DNA of 64,000 bases from Gaiellaceae bacterium (GTDB lineage Bacteria; Actinomycetota; Thermoleophilia; Gaiellales; Gaiellaceae): positions 6,147 to 70,146 of the forward strand of contig DATKBJ010000046.1 of NCBI GenBank assembly GCA_035514135.1. The letters are read 5' to 3'. Positions within the stretch are counted from its first letter, which is position 1. The number at the start of each line of letters is the position of its first letter. A program made the position numbers and the translations under genes. Positions 1-9,377 of this stretch are shown piece after piece. Below the pieces are notes generated by a model. That model ran no database searches and was not told the origin of the DNA. It worked only from the letters and a program-made list of their open reading frames with translations.

Positions 1-1
1 C

Positions 2-1762
2 GCCGGGCTGGGGCTGGCCGCGACCCGATCGCTCGCGCCGCGACGCCCGCTGCTCGTGGCGTCGGGCGCTGCCCTCTTCGTGACAGTGCTCGGCAACCTC
101 GGTGAGATCCATGTCATTCGAACCGAGCTGACGGGCTGGGTGTCGCCGGAGTGGTGGTTGTGGAATCCGACGCGGGTCATTCATCCCGGCGAAGGCGAGC
201 CTGGGCCGATCTCCGAGTTCCCCGCATTCACGTTCATCTTCGGCGACCTCCATGCGCACGCGATGGCGCTGCCGATCGCAGCGCTCGCTCTCGCGCTCGT
301 CGTCAGCATCGTCCGCGGCGGCGCGACGAGCGTCCGCCCGTTGGCTCCCGCTCTCGCCGTGCTCGCGCTCACGCTGGGAGCGCTTTCGGTGACGAACACG
401 TGGGACTTGCCGACCTACGGGCTCCTGGCATGCCTCGGTCTCGCGATCGCGATCCTCGGCGAGGGTCTTTCTAGACGGCGCGTCTCCGTGTTCCTGGGAG
501 CCTCGATGGCCCTCGCGCTCGCCGCGTACCTTGCCTTCCTGCCGTTCCGTCTCCACTACTGGTCCGTTTTCGACGGCGTCCAGCGCTGGGAGGGGCGACA
601 GACCCGCCTCTTCGACTACCTCACGATCCACGGACTCTTCCTCTTCGCGATCGTCTCCGCGCTCGTCCTCCAGGTGGCTCGCGCGGCCGACCTCGGCGCG
701 AGCGCTCGCACGGTGAGGGTCTTCGCCCGCCGCCCGCGTCGTGTAAGGGAGACGCTCGAGCGCCACCATGCGTTCGTCGCAGGTTCGCACACCCTCCTCG
801 TAACGCTCGTCGCCGTTCTCGCGATCGCCGTCGTGACGGCCGCATGCGCTCTCACCGCGCAGTGGCCGGCCGCGGTCGCCTTGCCTGTCGCGTCACTCGC
901 GGTTCTGGCATGGCCGGTCCGGGTGAGGTCGGGCGTGAGCGTGCGCGACAGGGCGATTCGACGGCTACTCGCAGTCCTGGTTCTGGTGGGACTCGGGCTG
1001 ACGCTCGGCGTCGAGTACTACGTGCTACGGAACATCGATATCGGCCGCGTGAACACCGTCTTCAAGACCTACATGCAGGTGTGGGTGCTGTTCGCGGTGG
1101 CCGCGGCGGTTTCGGCCGGGATGGTGTTCGCCCGCCTCCGACACCTCCGACGAGGGGTCGCGAACACGTGGCGAGTCGCGTTCCTCGCGCTCGTCGCAGT
1201 TGCGGCCCTCTACCCCGTCCTCGCCGCGCGCGCGAAGATCGACGACAGATTCGACCGCTCGGTCGGCCGGACGCTCGACGGCAGCGCGTTCATGGAGAAG
1301 GCGATCTTCAACGACAAGGGCGTCGACATGCGTCTGGTGCACGACCGCGACGGCATCCGCTGGATACTCGAGAATGTCGAAGGATCGCCGGTTGTCGCGG
1401 AGATCAACACCGCGCCGACGCTCTACGGATGGGAATTGCGCTACGCGATGTTCACCGGCAACCCGAGCATCGTGGGCTGGGACTTCCACCAGCGTCAGCA
1501 GCGTCCGCCGATGGCCCCGGCGGTGCAAGAGCGGGTGGCGGACGTCCAGCGCATGTACCGGACGCCGAGCGCTGCGGTGGCGTACGGCATCCTCACCACG
1601 TACGGAGCCAGCTACGTCGTCGATGGTCCGCTGGAGCGAACCTACTTCCCGCGGGGCGCGGGGAAGTGGGCGAGCGGCGAGGGGAGGTACTGGACGCTCG
1701 CGTACTCGAACCCGGGCGTGCGGATCTACCGCGTGCTCCCAGCCGAACCGGACAGTTCGTAG
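2..1762 (+). CDS. Chlor_Arch_YYY / DUF2298-family polytopic membrane protein, C-terminal part (5' end outside the window)
   Basis: The frame is open from nt 2, with no stop before the listed GTG at 56. There are many TM segments. EFPAFTFIFGDLHAHAM matches EFPYFSFLLADLHAHVL of the paralog at 1726-3906. The soluble C-terminus (GWDFHQRQQR...YGASYVVDGPLER) parallels GWSGHEVQWGH...YGVRYVFIGSLER. Confidence 0.75.
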   Translation, partial: AGLGLAATRSLAPRRPLLVASGAALFVTVLGNLGEIHVIRTELTGWVSPEWWLWNPTRVIHPGEGEPGPISEFPAFTFIFGDLHAHAMALPIAALALALVVSIVRGGATSVRPLAPALAVLALTLGALSVTNTWDLPTYGLLACLGLAIAILGEGLSRRRVSVFLGASMALALAAYLAFLPFRLHYWSVFDGVQRWEGRQTRLFDYLTIHGLFLFAIVSALVLQVARAADLGASARTVRVFARRPRRVRETLERHHAFVAGSHTLLVTLVAVLAIAVVTAACALTAQWPAAVALPVASLAVLAWPVRVRSGVSVRDRAIRRLLAVLVLVGLGLTLGVEYYVLRNIDIGRVNTVFKTYMQVWVLFAVAAAVSAGMVFARLRHLRRGVANTWRVAFLALVAVAALYPVLAARAKIDDRFDRSVGRTLDGSAFMEKAIFNDKGVDMRLVHDRDGIRWILENVEGSPVVAEINTAPTLYGWELRYAMFTGNPSIVGWDFHQRQQRPPMAPAVQERVADVQRMYRTPSAAVAYGILTTYGASYVVDGPLERTYFPRGAGKWASGEGRYWTLAYSNPGVRIYRVLPAEPDSS

Positions 1763-3906
1763 ATCACCGTGTCGCCGGATCGAAAGACCTCGGTGCCGAT
1801 CTGGGAGAACTTCGCGAGGCCGCCCTCGGCGGCGTGATCCGCTCGCTCGAGCGACCCGATGAAGACGTAGCGAACGCCGTATCCGTCCAGGAGCGTGCGC
1901 GCCTCGTCGGCGTTCGCGGTCCGGTAGATCGTCTGGATGTCCGCGGCGCGCGACCCGGGCTCGTGGCCCCATTGCACCTCGTGCCCCGACCAGCCCAGCA
2001 CGGTTGCGAGGCCCGTGAACGTCGAGACACGCGCGCGGCCCTCCGCGTCGAAGTCGTTACCGACGGTCTCGAGAACGACTGCATGGCCGGGAGCGTTCTC
2101 GCGCAGCCACTCGATCGCGGCGACGTCGTCGGCCGCCGCGCGGCGCAGCCAGGCGATGCCGTCGAGCGTGGGATCGGCCGCGAACGTCCCCGACCGCGAG
2201 TACGACCCGGCGACGGGGTACACGAGCGCGAGCGCGAGGAGGACGCCGAGTCCGGCCAGCCAGACGACCCGCAGGCGTCGCCCGAGCCAGCGCGCGCTCC
2301 AGAAGACGCCGACGGCCCCGACGATCGCGAGCAGGAACCACGCCTGGTAGCCGGTCTTGAAGACGGTGTTGAAGCGGAAGCTCGGCGATCCGTCGAACAC
2401 GTCGCGCACGTAGACGATCTCGCCCGAGACCACCAGAAGGAGGGCGACCGCGGAGAGCAGCCAGAGAACGCGCTCCGGCTGGCCTGCTGAACCGCTCGCG
2501 AACGTCATGTACACCGCCGCCGCGGCGACAACCAGCGCGAGGGTCAATCCGGACAGATTGGGCGGCGCCAGCAGAACGAGCAGGAAGAAAGACGCCGAGG
2601 CCGCCCAGACCACGTATCGCACCGGTACTCGGCGCAGCCGACCCACGAAAAGCGCGAGGAGCACCCACAGCGACAGTCCGTAGATGGAGGCGTAGTCCCG
2701 CGCGAACTCCGTGAACCGAACGCGATCACGCACGACGCCGACGCCGTCGGCCGGTGGCGAGAACGCCAACCAGAAGGGAAAGTAGAGCACGACCGCCGCA
2801 ACGAGCAGGGCACCACCCCAAGCGGCGGCGCTCTGCCAACGGCCGTCGGCTTCGAGCGACCAGAGCACGAGTGCCCCGGCGGCGATCGCCACAGCTGTTG
2901 GGAAGTCGAAGCTGTTCGTCGGGTAGAGGACTCCGAGGACGAGTGCGGCGACACCGAGCTCGGCGAGCCCACGACGCGACGGTCGGTCGCCGACCGACGC
3001 GGGAGGTCCGTGCAGCGCGAGCTGGATCGCGTAGGCGATGCAGACGAGGGTGAACGGAGTCACCAGCACGTGTGCGTGAAGGTCGGCGAGCAGGAAGCTG
3101 AAGTACGGGAACTCGTTCGCCGTCCCGTCGATCACGCGGGAGGGGGCCCACCAGTCGTAGGTGGCGAAGCGACCGGGATCCTGGAGGAACTGGACCCCGC
3201 CTTCGAGGTTGCCGAGAAGCAGGGCGAACGCCGTCCCCACCAGACCGACGACGATCGGCGAACGAGGCGGCGCATCGCCTCGCATACGGGCAGCCGCATA
3301 CAGCGTACTCGTCACGCCGAAGACTGCGACTCCGACGAGCGCGAAGAAGAGCGCGATGCCGAGGTTGAACCCGACGGCCGGATCCACGCCCGTGAGCCGC
3401 ACGACGAACGCCACGAGATAGTGCCCGTAGTAGTAGTAGTTGAGATCCTCGCCGGACTGCCACGGGTCGTGCGGCGGGAACGATTCCGACGCGTTCGTCG
3501 CGTTGACGAAGGCCATGTCCATCGGCTTCTCCGTTTGCCAGACGTCCGGGGCGTAGCTGCGCATGAGCGCCCACGCGGCAAAGAGGCCCGTGAACAGCGC
3601 CTGGCTTGCGAGCCAGGCGGTATGCGTGCCGTCGGCGCGGTCGAGCCGTCCGAGCCCGTACCGGCGACCGAGAGCCACGGCGCCGGCTGCAACGAGGGCG
3701 ACCGCCGCAAGAGCGCTCGCCCGCCCGTACGGGACGACGTGCAGGCTCGCGAGAAGCCACGCGGGGTACGCCGCGAGGAGGAGGCCGAGCGGGATCGCGA
3801 GCGTGACCCCGCGGCCGGGCAGGCGAGGGAATAGAAGCTCGGCGAACGGCAGCGCGACCAGGCCGAGCACGGCGACCAGCAGCCAGACGGAGAGCGCGTC
3901 GATCAC
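1726..3906 (-). CDS. Chlor_Arch_YYY / DUF2298-family polytopic membrane protein (726 aa)
   Basis: Very hydrophobic ORF carrying the family-defining tyrosine run (DLNYYYYGHYLVAF), a DLHAH motif and a C-terminal soluble domain. GTG start. It has a 37-nt convergent overlap with the + strand paralog. Confidence 0.8.
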   Translation of the reverse strand: MIDALSVWLLVAVLGLVALPFAELLFPRLPGRGVTLAIPLGLLLAAYPAWLLASLHVVPYGRASALAAVALVAAGAVALGRRYGLGRLDRADGTHTAWLASQALFTGLFAAWALMRSYAPDVWQTEKPMDMAFVNATNASESFPPHDPWQSGEDLNYYYYGHYLVAFVVRLTGVDPAVGFNLGIALFFALVGVAVFGVTSTLYAAARMRGDAPPRSPIVVGLVGTAFALLLGNLEGGVQFLQDPGRFATYDWWAPSRVIDGTANEFPYFSFLLADLHAHVLVTPFTLVCIAYAIQLALHGPPASVGDRPSRRGLAELGVAALVLGVLYPTNSFDFPTAVAIAAGALVLWSLEADGRWQSAAAWGGALLVAAVVLYFPFWLAFSPPADGVGVVRDRVRFTEFARDYASIYGLSLWVLLALFVGRLRRVPVRYVVWAASASFFLLVLLAPPNLSGLTLALVVAAAAVYMTFASGSAGQPERVLWLLSAVALLLVVSGEIVYVRDVFDGSPSFRFNTVFKTGYQAWFLLAIVGAVGVFWSARWLGRRLRVVWLAGLGVLLALALVYPVAGSYSRSGTFAADPTLDGIAWLRRAAADDVAAIEWLRENAPGHAVVLETVGNDFDAEGRARVSTFTGLATVLGWSGHEVQWGHEPGSRAADIQTIYRTANADEARTLLDGYGVRYVFIGSLERADHAAEGGLAKFSQIGTEVFRSGDTVIYELSGSAGSTR

Positions 3907-3928
3907 CGCAGGGAGCCTTGGCGGGCCG

Positions 3929-5284
3929 TCAGGAGGCCCAGACCTCTTCGGGCCTGTCTTCGAGCACTTGACGAGCGACGTCGATGCCCATCTTGGCCGC
4001 GTGATCCATGTTCCCGATCTCGTAGCGCCAGGAGCCGAAGCGCCCGCGCGAGTAGATCTCGTGCTGCATCAGCCAGGGCTGCACGACCTCGAGCGCACGG
4101 TCCCGGTCGCGCGTCGGTATGGGATAGGCGTACTCCACGTCGATCGTGTGCACGGACGCGATAGGGGGTTCGTCGGGGACGAGCCCGGTCGCGACGAGGG
4201 CGGACACGACGGCGTCCTCGTGTCCCTCGCGCTCGCGGGGCAGGTGGGTCGAGTACGACGTCTCGGTCATGTACGACGAGTAGCGCTCCGTGTCGGCTCC
4301 GGGGACGTTCGCGGCGGCGTACTTCGCGAAGTTGGTCGCCCGATAGAACGGCACTTCCGGATCGGCGAAGTAGAGCCACGAGCGGTCGTCTCGCAGCGGG
4401 AGCTCGAAGCCGACCCCGACCACCCACACGCCGTTGTGCACGAGCGTCGCCGCAGCCGCGCGGACGTCCGCCGGGCATTCGACCATCGCGGCGACGAGCA
4501 CGTCGATCGGCATGGTGGAGACCAGGACGTCGTATCCCTCGGTGCCCCCGTCGGCAAAGCGCAGCACCCGCGCCTCGGCGTCGACGCCGACGAGCTCGGC
4601 GTCGTAGCGGACCCGCGGCGTCAGCGTCGTGGCGAGGCGCCGGTAGATCTCCCCCGTGCCACCGGTACGCGGGAACCGGAACGTGTTGTTCGGTCCCCAG
4701 CCGGCGTCGTCGAGCTCGAGCAGTACGTTTCGCAGCGCGCGTCGGTAGTCGACCACACTGATGCGCTCTGCAATCCATGAGGCGGACATCTCCTCTGGAT
4801 GAACCGCCCAGACCTTCGTGTTGTAAGGGCGCATGAACCTTTGGGTGATCCCGTCGCCGAACGTGCGCTGCATCCAGGTCGCAAAGTCGCTTGCTCCGTC
4901 CGCGCCGGGGGCGTCGATGAGACCGAGGAGACAGTCGTATGCATCGTCGGGAGGCAGGTACCGGAGGTTGTTCTGAAATGGATACGGCACCCAGGCGTTG
5001 CCAAGCAGCACGTACGACGAGCGCTCGAGCTCGTGAACGTCGTCACCGAGCACCTCGTCGAGCAGGCGGTCGAACTCGCCGTAGTGGCTGAAGACGACGT
5101 GGCCGCCCTGATCCCAGGTGAAGCCGGCGGGATCGACGACGGATCCGGCGTGCCCGCCCGCGACTGACGAACGCTCGTAGATCGCCCAGTCCTCGTGTCC
5201 GAGCAGGGCGAGCTCGCGTCCGCACGCAAGCCCACAGGGGCCTGCGCCGACGATCGCCACGTGCGGGGCCTGTGAGCTCGGCAT
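3929..5284 (-). CDS. FAD-dependent UDP-galactopyranose mutase homolog, eukaryote-type (long form)
   Basis: N-terminal Rossmann motif VAIVGAGPCGL. It also has blocks I recognise from fungal/kinetoplastid UGMs: GGHVVFSHY, WVPYPFQNN, FMRPYNTKVWAV, GWGPNNTFRFPRTGGTG, WLYFADPEVPFYRATNF and YSRGRFGSWRYEIGNMDH. It lies 22 nt upstream of the YYY gene on the same strand. Confidence 0.75.
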   Translation of the reverse strand: MPSSQAPHVAIVGAGPCGLACGRELALLGHEDWAIYERSSVAGGHAGSVVDPAGFTWDQGGHVVFSHYGEFDRLLDEVLGDDVHELERSSYVLLGNAWVPYPFQNNLRYLPPDDAYDCLLGLIDAPGADGASDFATWMQRTFGDGITQRFMRPYNTKVWAVHPEEMSASWIAERISVVDYRRALRNVLLELDDAGWGPNNTFRFPRTGGTGEIYRRLATTLTPRVRYDAELVGVDAEARVLRFADGGTEGYDVLVSTMPIDVLVAAMVECPADVRAAAATLVHNGVWVVGVGFELPLRDDRSWLYFADPEVPFYRATNFAKYAAANVPGADTERYSSYMTETSYSTHLPREREGHEDAVVSALVATGLVPDEPPIASVHTIDVEYAYPIPTRDRDRALEVVQPWLMQHEIYSRGRFGSWRYEIGNMDHAAKMGIDVARQVLEDRPEEVWAS

Positions 5285-5394
5285 CGCCGTCGGATATTAG
5301 GGCGGAAGCACGCGGGGTCGATCCCTGCTTTTTTGCTTGACAGACGGGGCTGCGATCCGGGAGAGTACGATTCTGTTCTTCTGGGGGTAGAGGC

Positions 5395-6048
5395 ATGCGG
5401 CGCAATCTAATACTCATCGGGCTCCTGGGCGCATTGCTTAGCGTTGGCCTCGCCGTGTCCGCCACGGGAGTCGCCGCCGATCCCGCGTCGACGACCACCA
5501 CGACGACCACCACGACGAACACTCCGACGAACACTCCGACGAACACGGTGGTTCCGCCGACGAATACGCCGACGAACACTCCCACGAACACGGTGGTTCC
5601 GCCGACGAACACGCCGACAAGGACGCCGACGAACACTGCGACGCCGACGGCGACGCCCAATCCGTTCGACGGCTGCACGCCCGGCTATTGGAAGCAGGAG
5701 CAGCACCTCGATAGTTGGACCGGCTACACGCCCGGCCAGAAGATCTCGGCGGTGTTCACGGTTCCTGCCTCCTTGACTCTCAAAGGCAAGTGGCTGGGCG
5801 ACTACACGCTGCTCCAGGGCCTGAATTTCCGGGGCGGAAACAGCACGTCGGGCAAAGCGGAGATCTTGCTCCGCGCGGCAATCGCGGCGATCCTCAACGC
5901 GGCTCATCCCGACGTCGACTACCCCTTGACCGTCGACGCGATCGACGACGGCGTGAACGACGCGCTCGCGAGCTTGAACAAGATGGCCATCACGGCGCTC
6001 GCCCAGTGGCTCGACACGTACAACAACTACGGCTGCCCGTTGAACTGA
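5395..6048 (+). CDS. Secreted protein with N-terminal Thr/Pro-rich tandem repeats and a Cys-bounded C-terminal domain of unknown function
   Basis: Signal peptide MRRNLILIGLLGALLSVGLAVSA. This is followed by T9 and then (TNTP)n / TNTVVPP repeats. The domain GCTPGYWKQEQHLDSW ... YNNYGCPLN follows. An SD-like GGGGGTAGAGG sits upstream of the ATG. Confidence 0.8.
   Translation: MRRNLILIGLLGALLSVGLAVSATGVAADPASTTTTTTTTTNTPTNTPTNTVVPPTNTPTNTPTNTVVPPTNTPTRTPTNTATPTATPNPFDGCTPGYWKQEQHLDSWTGYTPGQKISAVFTVPASLTLKGKWLGDYTLLQGLNFRGGNSTSGKAEILLRAAIAAILNAAHPDVDYPLTVDAIDDGVNDALASLNKMAITALAQWLDTYNNYGCPLN
5491..5650 (+). repeat. In-frame tandem repeat: poly-Thr codon run, 12-nt ACGAACAC(T/G)CCG units and a 45-nt duplication (5533-5577 / 5578-5622)
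   Basis: Direct reading. actccgacgaacacggtggttccgccgacgaatacgccgacgaac is followed by actcccacgaacacggtggttccgccgacgaacacgccgacaagg. Confidence 0.9.
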
Positions 6049-6074
6049 CGAGGCGCCGACACACGACTCTCGAC

Positions 6075-6097
6075 GCGGGCGCCTTTCGGGCGCCCGC
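6075..6097 (+). terminator. GC-rich hairpin downstream of the repeat-protein gene
   Basis: GCGGGCGCC-tttcg-GGCGCCCGC gives a 9-bp perfect stem 27 nt after the stop. There is no U-tract. Confidence 0.4.
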
Positions 6098-6131
6098 AGT
6101 CCCTCCGGCCACGATCGCCTAGAAACCTCCG

Positions 6132-6857
6132 ATGACCGAGCTCTCCGTCGTCGTCCCGGTCTACAACGAGGAGGGTGCGATCGAGACGCTCGTGGACGAC
6201 CTCGGGAGCGTGCTCACGCCTCTCTTCGACGAGCTACAGGTGATCGTCGTCGACGACGCGTCGACCGATGAGACGCCGGCGATCCTCGAGCGGCTCGCAC
6301 ACGAGCGCCCGTGGCTCGACGTCGTGCGCGCGTCGTCGAACGCCGGGCACGGACCTTCGGTCGTGCGGGGCCTCGAGCTCGCGCGCGCCGAGTGGATCTT
6401 CCAGATCGACTCCGACGGCCAGTTCGTCGTTGCCGAGTTCCCGCGGCTCTGGGAGCGCCGCGCTAACGGCGACCTCGTGCTCGGAGTCCGCCAGAACCGG
6501 CGCGACCCGCGCCATCGGCTGCTCCTCTCGCGCTCCGTGAGGTTGGCGACGTCGCTGCTCGTGGGCGCGCGCATGCGAGACGTCAACACGCCGTTTCGTC
6601 TCGTGCGCCGATCGGTCTGGGAGGATCTCCGCCCGCTCATTGGCTCCTCGACGCTCGCTCCCAATATCTTCGTCGCGGTCGGAGCCCGAGTCCGGGGCTG
6701 GCGCGTCGTCGAGCTGCCCGCGACGCATCGGCCGCGGGTCACCGGAACGGGCAGCCTGCGCGCGCTCCGTCTGGTGCGCTTCAGCCTCCGGGCGCTCGGC
6801 CAGCTGCTCGCGTTCCGCGTGCGGCTGCGACGGCTGCCGGCACGGGAGGCGTCGTGA
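6132..6857 (+). CDS. Family 2 glycosyltransferase, polyprenyl-phosphate sugar synthase-like (DPM1/GtrB type)
   Basis: LSVVVPVYNEEGAIETLV and VVDDASTDETP motifs. Size is about 240 aa with no large TM region. Its stop overlaps the next start (ATGA-type, at 6854-6857). Confidence 0.8.
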   Translation: MTELSVVVPVYNEEGAIETLVDDLGSVLTPLFDELQVIVVDDASTDETPAILERLAHERPWLDVVRASSNAGHGPSVVRGLELARAEWIFQIDSDGQFVVAEFPRLWERRANGDLVLGVRQNRRDPRHRLLLSRSVRLATSLLVGARMRDVNTPFRLVRRSVWEDLRPLIGSSTLAPNIFVAVGARVRGWRVVELPATHRPRVTGTGSLRALRLVRFSLRALGQLLAFRVRLRRLPAREAS

Positions 6858-8527
6858 GCACGAGCGTCCCGTCGCACGTGACGTTCTCCATTCGACGCGA
6901 CGAATGGCTGGCACGCACCCGGGCATGGGTCGCCTCGTGGGGTCGCGAGGCGGTTCCGTTCGCGAGCATGGCCGCCGTCGCACTTGTCCTGCGTCTGATC
7001 GGGCTCGACGACAAGGCGATGCACCACGACGAGGCCCAGCACGCGTGGTTCGGCTGGCGCCTGGAAACCGGTGAGGGGTACAGCTACGACCCCGTCTTCC
7101 ACGGGCCCGTGCAGTTCTATCTCATCGCGCTCGCGGACTTCGTCCTGGGTGCCGGGGACTACGTCACGCGCCTCCCCGTGGCGCTCGTGGGGTCGATCGC
7201 GGTCTTCCTCCCGTTCTTCGTTCGTCGCCAGCTCGGGACCGTGGCCGCGCTGACCGCCTCGGTCGCGCTCGCCGTCGGCCCGAGCTACCTCTACGTCTCA
7301 CGGTTCCTGCGCGAGGACATCCACGTGACGACCGTGAACCTCGCCGGTCTCGTCGTCCTCATACGCTTCCTCGACAAGCCGTCGCGCTGGCATCCGATCG
7401 CGCTGCTCTCGCTCGTCGCTGTCGCGTTCGCGACCAAGGAGACGACGTACATCACCGTCTTCGTCCTCGGGCTGTTCTTCGCCGCGCTCGTCGTCAGTGA
7501 GGCGATCGGGCTCGGACGCGGCGCGCGCGGCGTCCTCGACACGAAGCTCGTCCGAGACATCCGCTCACTCGGCGTAGCCTGGGCATGGGGCGCCAGCGCG
7601 TTCTTGATCGTGTACACGCTGCTCTTCTCGACGTTTCTGACCAGCCCGGAAGGGCTCCGGGAAGGCCTGGTCGGGAGCATCGACTACTGGCTCTCTCAGC
7701 AGGACGTCAACCGTGGCGGGCAGCCGTGGTTCTACTACCTCGTCCTCATCCCCGCTTACGAGTGGCCTGTCGTCTTGCTCGGCGTGATCGGGACCGGCGT
7801 GATCGTCAGACGGCCGACGACCACCGGCGCGCTCCTGGTCTGGATGTTCGTGTTCAGCCTCGCGATCTACTCGTGGGCGTCAGAGCGGATGCCCTGGCTC
7901 GTCGTCCACCCGCTGCTGCCGCTGATCCTGCTCGCCGGCATCGGTGCGCAGAAGCTCTGGGACGAGCGCTCCCGTGGCTGGGCGCGGGTCGCGGTCGCGG
8001 CGACTGCGGTGCTCGCCGTCGGGTGGGTGTACTCGTCGGTGCAGCTTGTCTACTTCCGGTCGGCGGACGCGCGCGAGCTTCTCGTGCAGGTGCAGTCGTC
8101 CGACGACGTCCCGGTGATCCGCGACGAGCTCCTGCTCCTTCGTGAGGTCGCCGAGCAGACCTCCGGCGAGCCTCCGGTCGTCCAGGTCGACAGCTGGGGT
8201 GGCACCGGCTGGCCGTGGAGCTGGTACTTCCGGGACGCCCCGGTCGGGTACTACGACATGAGCGTGCCGGATCAGGTCGACCCCGGGGCGGTCTTGCTCG
8301 TCACCGATCCCAATCACGCGGCGATGGCGCCGAAGCTCCAAGGCTACGACGCGCGACGATTCAGGCTGCGGGTCTGGTGGGTGCCGGAGTGGGGCGCCGC
8401 GACCCCGGCCGACTGGGCGCGCTGGGCCCTCACGCGGAGAGTGTGGAGCCCGACCGCGACGATGGACGAGTGGCTCTACGTGCGAGAGGACGTCGCCGAG
8501 CTAGCCAGCGAGACCCCGCCGAAGTAG
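6854..8527 (+). CDS. TIGR03663-type polytopic membrane protein (PMT/GT-C-like, function unknown)
   Basis: Multi-TM ORF with N-terminal HHDEAQHAWFGWRL and PVFHGPVQFY. From memory, this DE dipeptide and HGP tripeptide are the invariant features of TIGR03663. It is adjacent to YYY-family genes, as described for that family. Confidence 0.7.
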   Translation: MSTSVPSHVTFSIRRDEWLARTRAWVASWGREAVPFASMAAVALVLRLIGLDDKAMHHDEAQHAWFGWRLETGEGYSYDPVFHGPVQFYLIALADFVLGAGDYVTRLPVALVGSIAVFLPFFVRRQLGTVAALTASVALAVGPSYLYVSRFLREDIHVTTVNLAGLVVLIRFLDKPSRWHPIALLSLVAVAFATKETTYITVFVLGLFFAALVVSEAIGLGRGARGVLDTKLVRDIRSLGVAWAWGASAFLIVYTLLFSTFLTSPEGLREGLVGSIDYWLSQQDVNRGGQPWFYYLVLIPAYEWPVVLLGVIGTGVIVRRPTTTGALLVWMFVFSLAIYSWASERMPWLVVHPLLPLILLAGIGAQKLWDERSRGWARVAVAATAVLAVGWVYSSVQLVYFRSADARELLVQVQSSDDVPVIRDELLLLREVAEQTSGEPPVVQVDSWGGTGWPWSWYFRDAPVGYYDMSVPDQVDPGAVLLVTDPNHAAMAPKLQGYDARRFRLRVWWVPEWGAATPADWARWALTRRVWSPTATMDEWLYVREDVAELASETPPK

Positions 8528-8535
8528 GGTCGCAG

Positions 8536-9336
8536 GTGCACCCGCGGACGCCCAAGCTCCTGCGAAAGCTGCCGTACTACGTGGCGTCGGTGTTCCAGCT
8601 GGCCCGGATCGCGCGCGCCCGAAGCGTCGCGCGCTGCATCCTCCTGCCTGATAAGCGCCTCGATCTCCGCGACGGGAGCTCGCTTCGACTGGGGACCGTT
8701 CTCGACGTGCTCGTTGTCAAGGAGACGCTCGTCGACGACGTCTACGGATTGCGCGGGGTCGCGGCGGCTGCTGACGGGGTCGTCGTGGATGTGGGTGCCG
8801 GGGTCGGTGAGTTCACACTTGCCGCGGCTCGGCGCTTTCCTGAGCTGACCGTGCTCTCCTGCGAACCGAACCCGGCCGCGTTCGCACTCCTGACGCTGAA
8901 CGCTGCGGCCTCCGGGTACACGAACGTCAAGATCATCCCGGCCGCGATCGGAACGGAACCGCAGTATGTCCTTCGCAACGCTGCGAGTGGTGCACGCGCT
9001 TCGGCTGTCGGCGCCGCCGACGCTCAGGCAGTCGTCGTCATGGGTCGGCGGCTCGATGAGATCGTGCCGTGCGGGCCGATTCGGCTCCTGAAGATCGACT
9101 GCGAGGGCCTCGAGGTCGACGTGCTCAGAAGCGCGGCCGGAGTCATCGATCGAGTCGAGAAGGTGGTCGTCGAGTTCCATCGGCACCTCCTCGCGGACGC
9201 CGACCGGGCCGTAGCCGGCCTCCTGGGCCAGTACGGCTTTCGACCTCGGACTCGCATCGACCGATACGACGACGATCTCGGCTATGTATTCGCGGTCAGG
9301 GTCGGCGACTCGGGCGAGGGCGTTTGGGCGGTTTGA
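8536..9336 (+). CDS. FkbM-family SAM-dependent methyltransferase
   Basis: VVDVGAGVGEFTLAAARRFPELTVLSCEPNPAAFALL and LLKIDCEGLEVDVL motifs. I chose the in-frame GTG at 8536, just after the upstream stop. The listed 8215 start overlaps the preceding gene in another frame. Confidence 0.8.
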   Translation: MHPRTPKLLRKLPYYVASVFQLARIARARSVARCILLPDKRLDLRDGSSLRLGTVLDVLVVKETLVDDVYGLRGVAAAADGVVVDVGAGVGEFTLAAARRFPELTVLSCEPNPAAFALLTLNAAASGYTNVKIIPAAIGTEPQYVLRNAASGARASAVGAADAQAVVVMGRRLDEIVPCGPIRLLKIDCEGLEVDVLRSAAGVIDRVEKVVVEFHRHLLADADRAVAGLLGQYGFRPRTRIDRYDDDLGYVFAVRVGDSGEGVWAV

Positions 9337-9377
9337 CGGTCAGGACGCTCAATCGTCCGTGTAGGCCCGAGGTCTGA

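Noticed and set aside
5337-5371. TTGACA ... TACGAT upstream of the repeat-protein gene as a sigma-70 promoter
   Set aside because: The spacer is 23 nt, which is too long for a canonical promoter.
5043-5678. Minus-strand ORF with striking GVFVGG and poly-Val repeats
   Set aside because: It is the antisense reading of the Thr/Pro codon repeats of the secreted protein gene (ACG/ACC/CCG read backwards).
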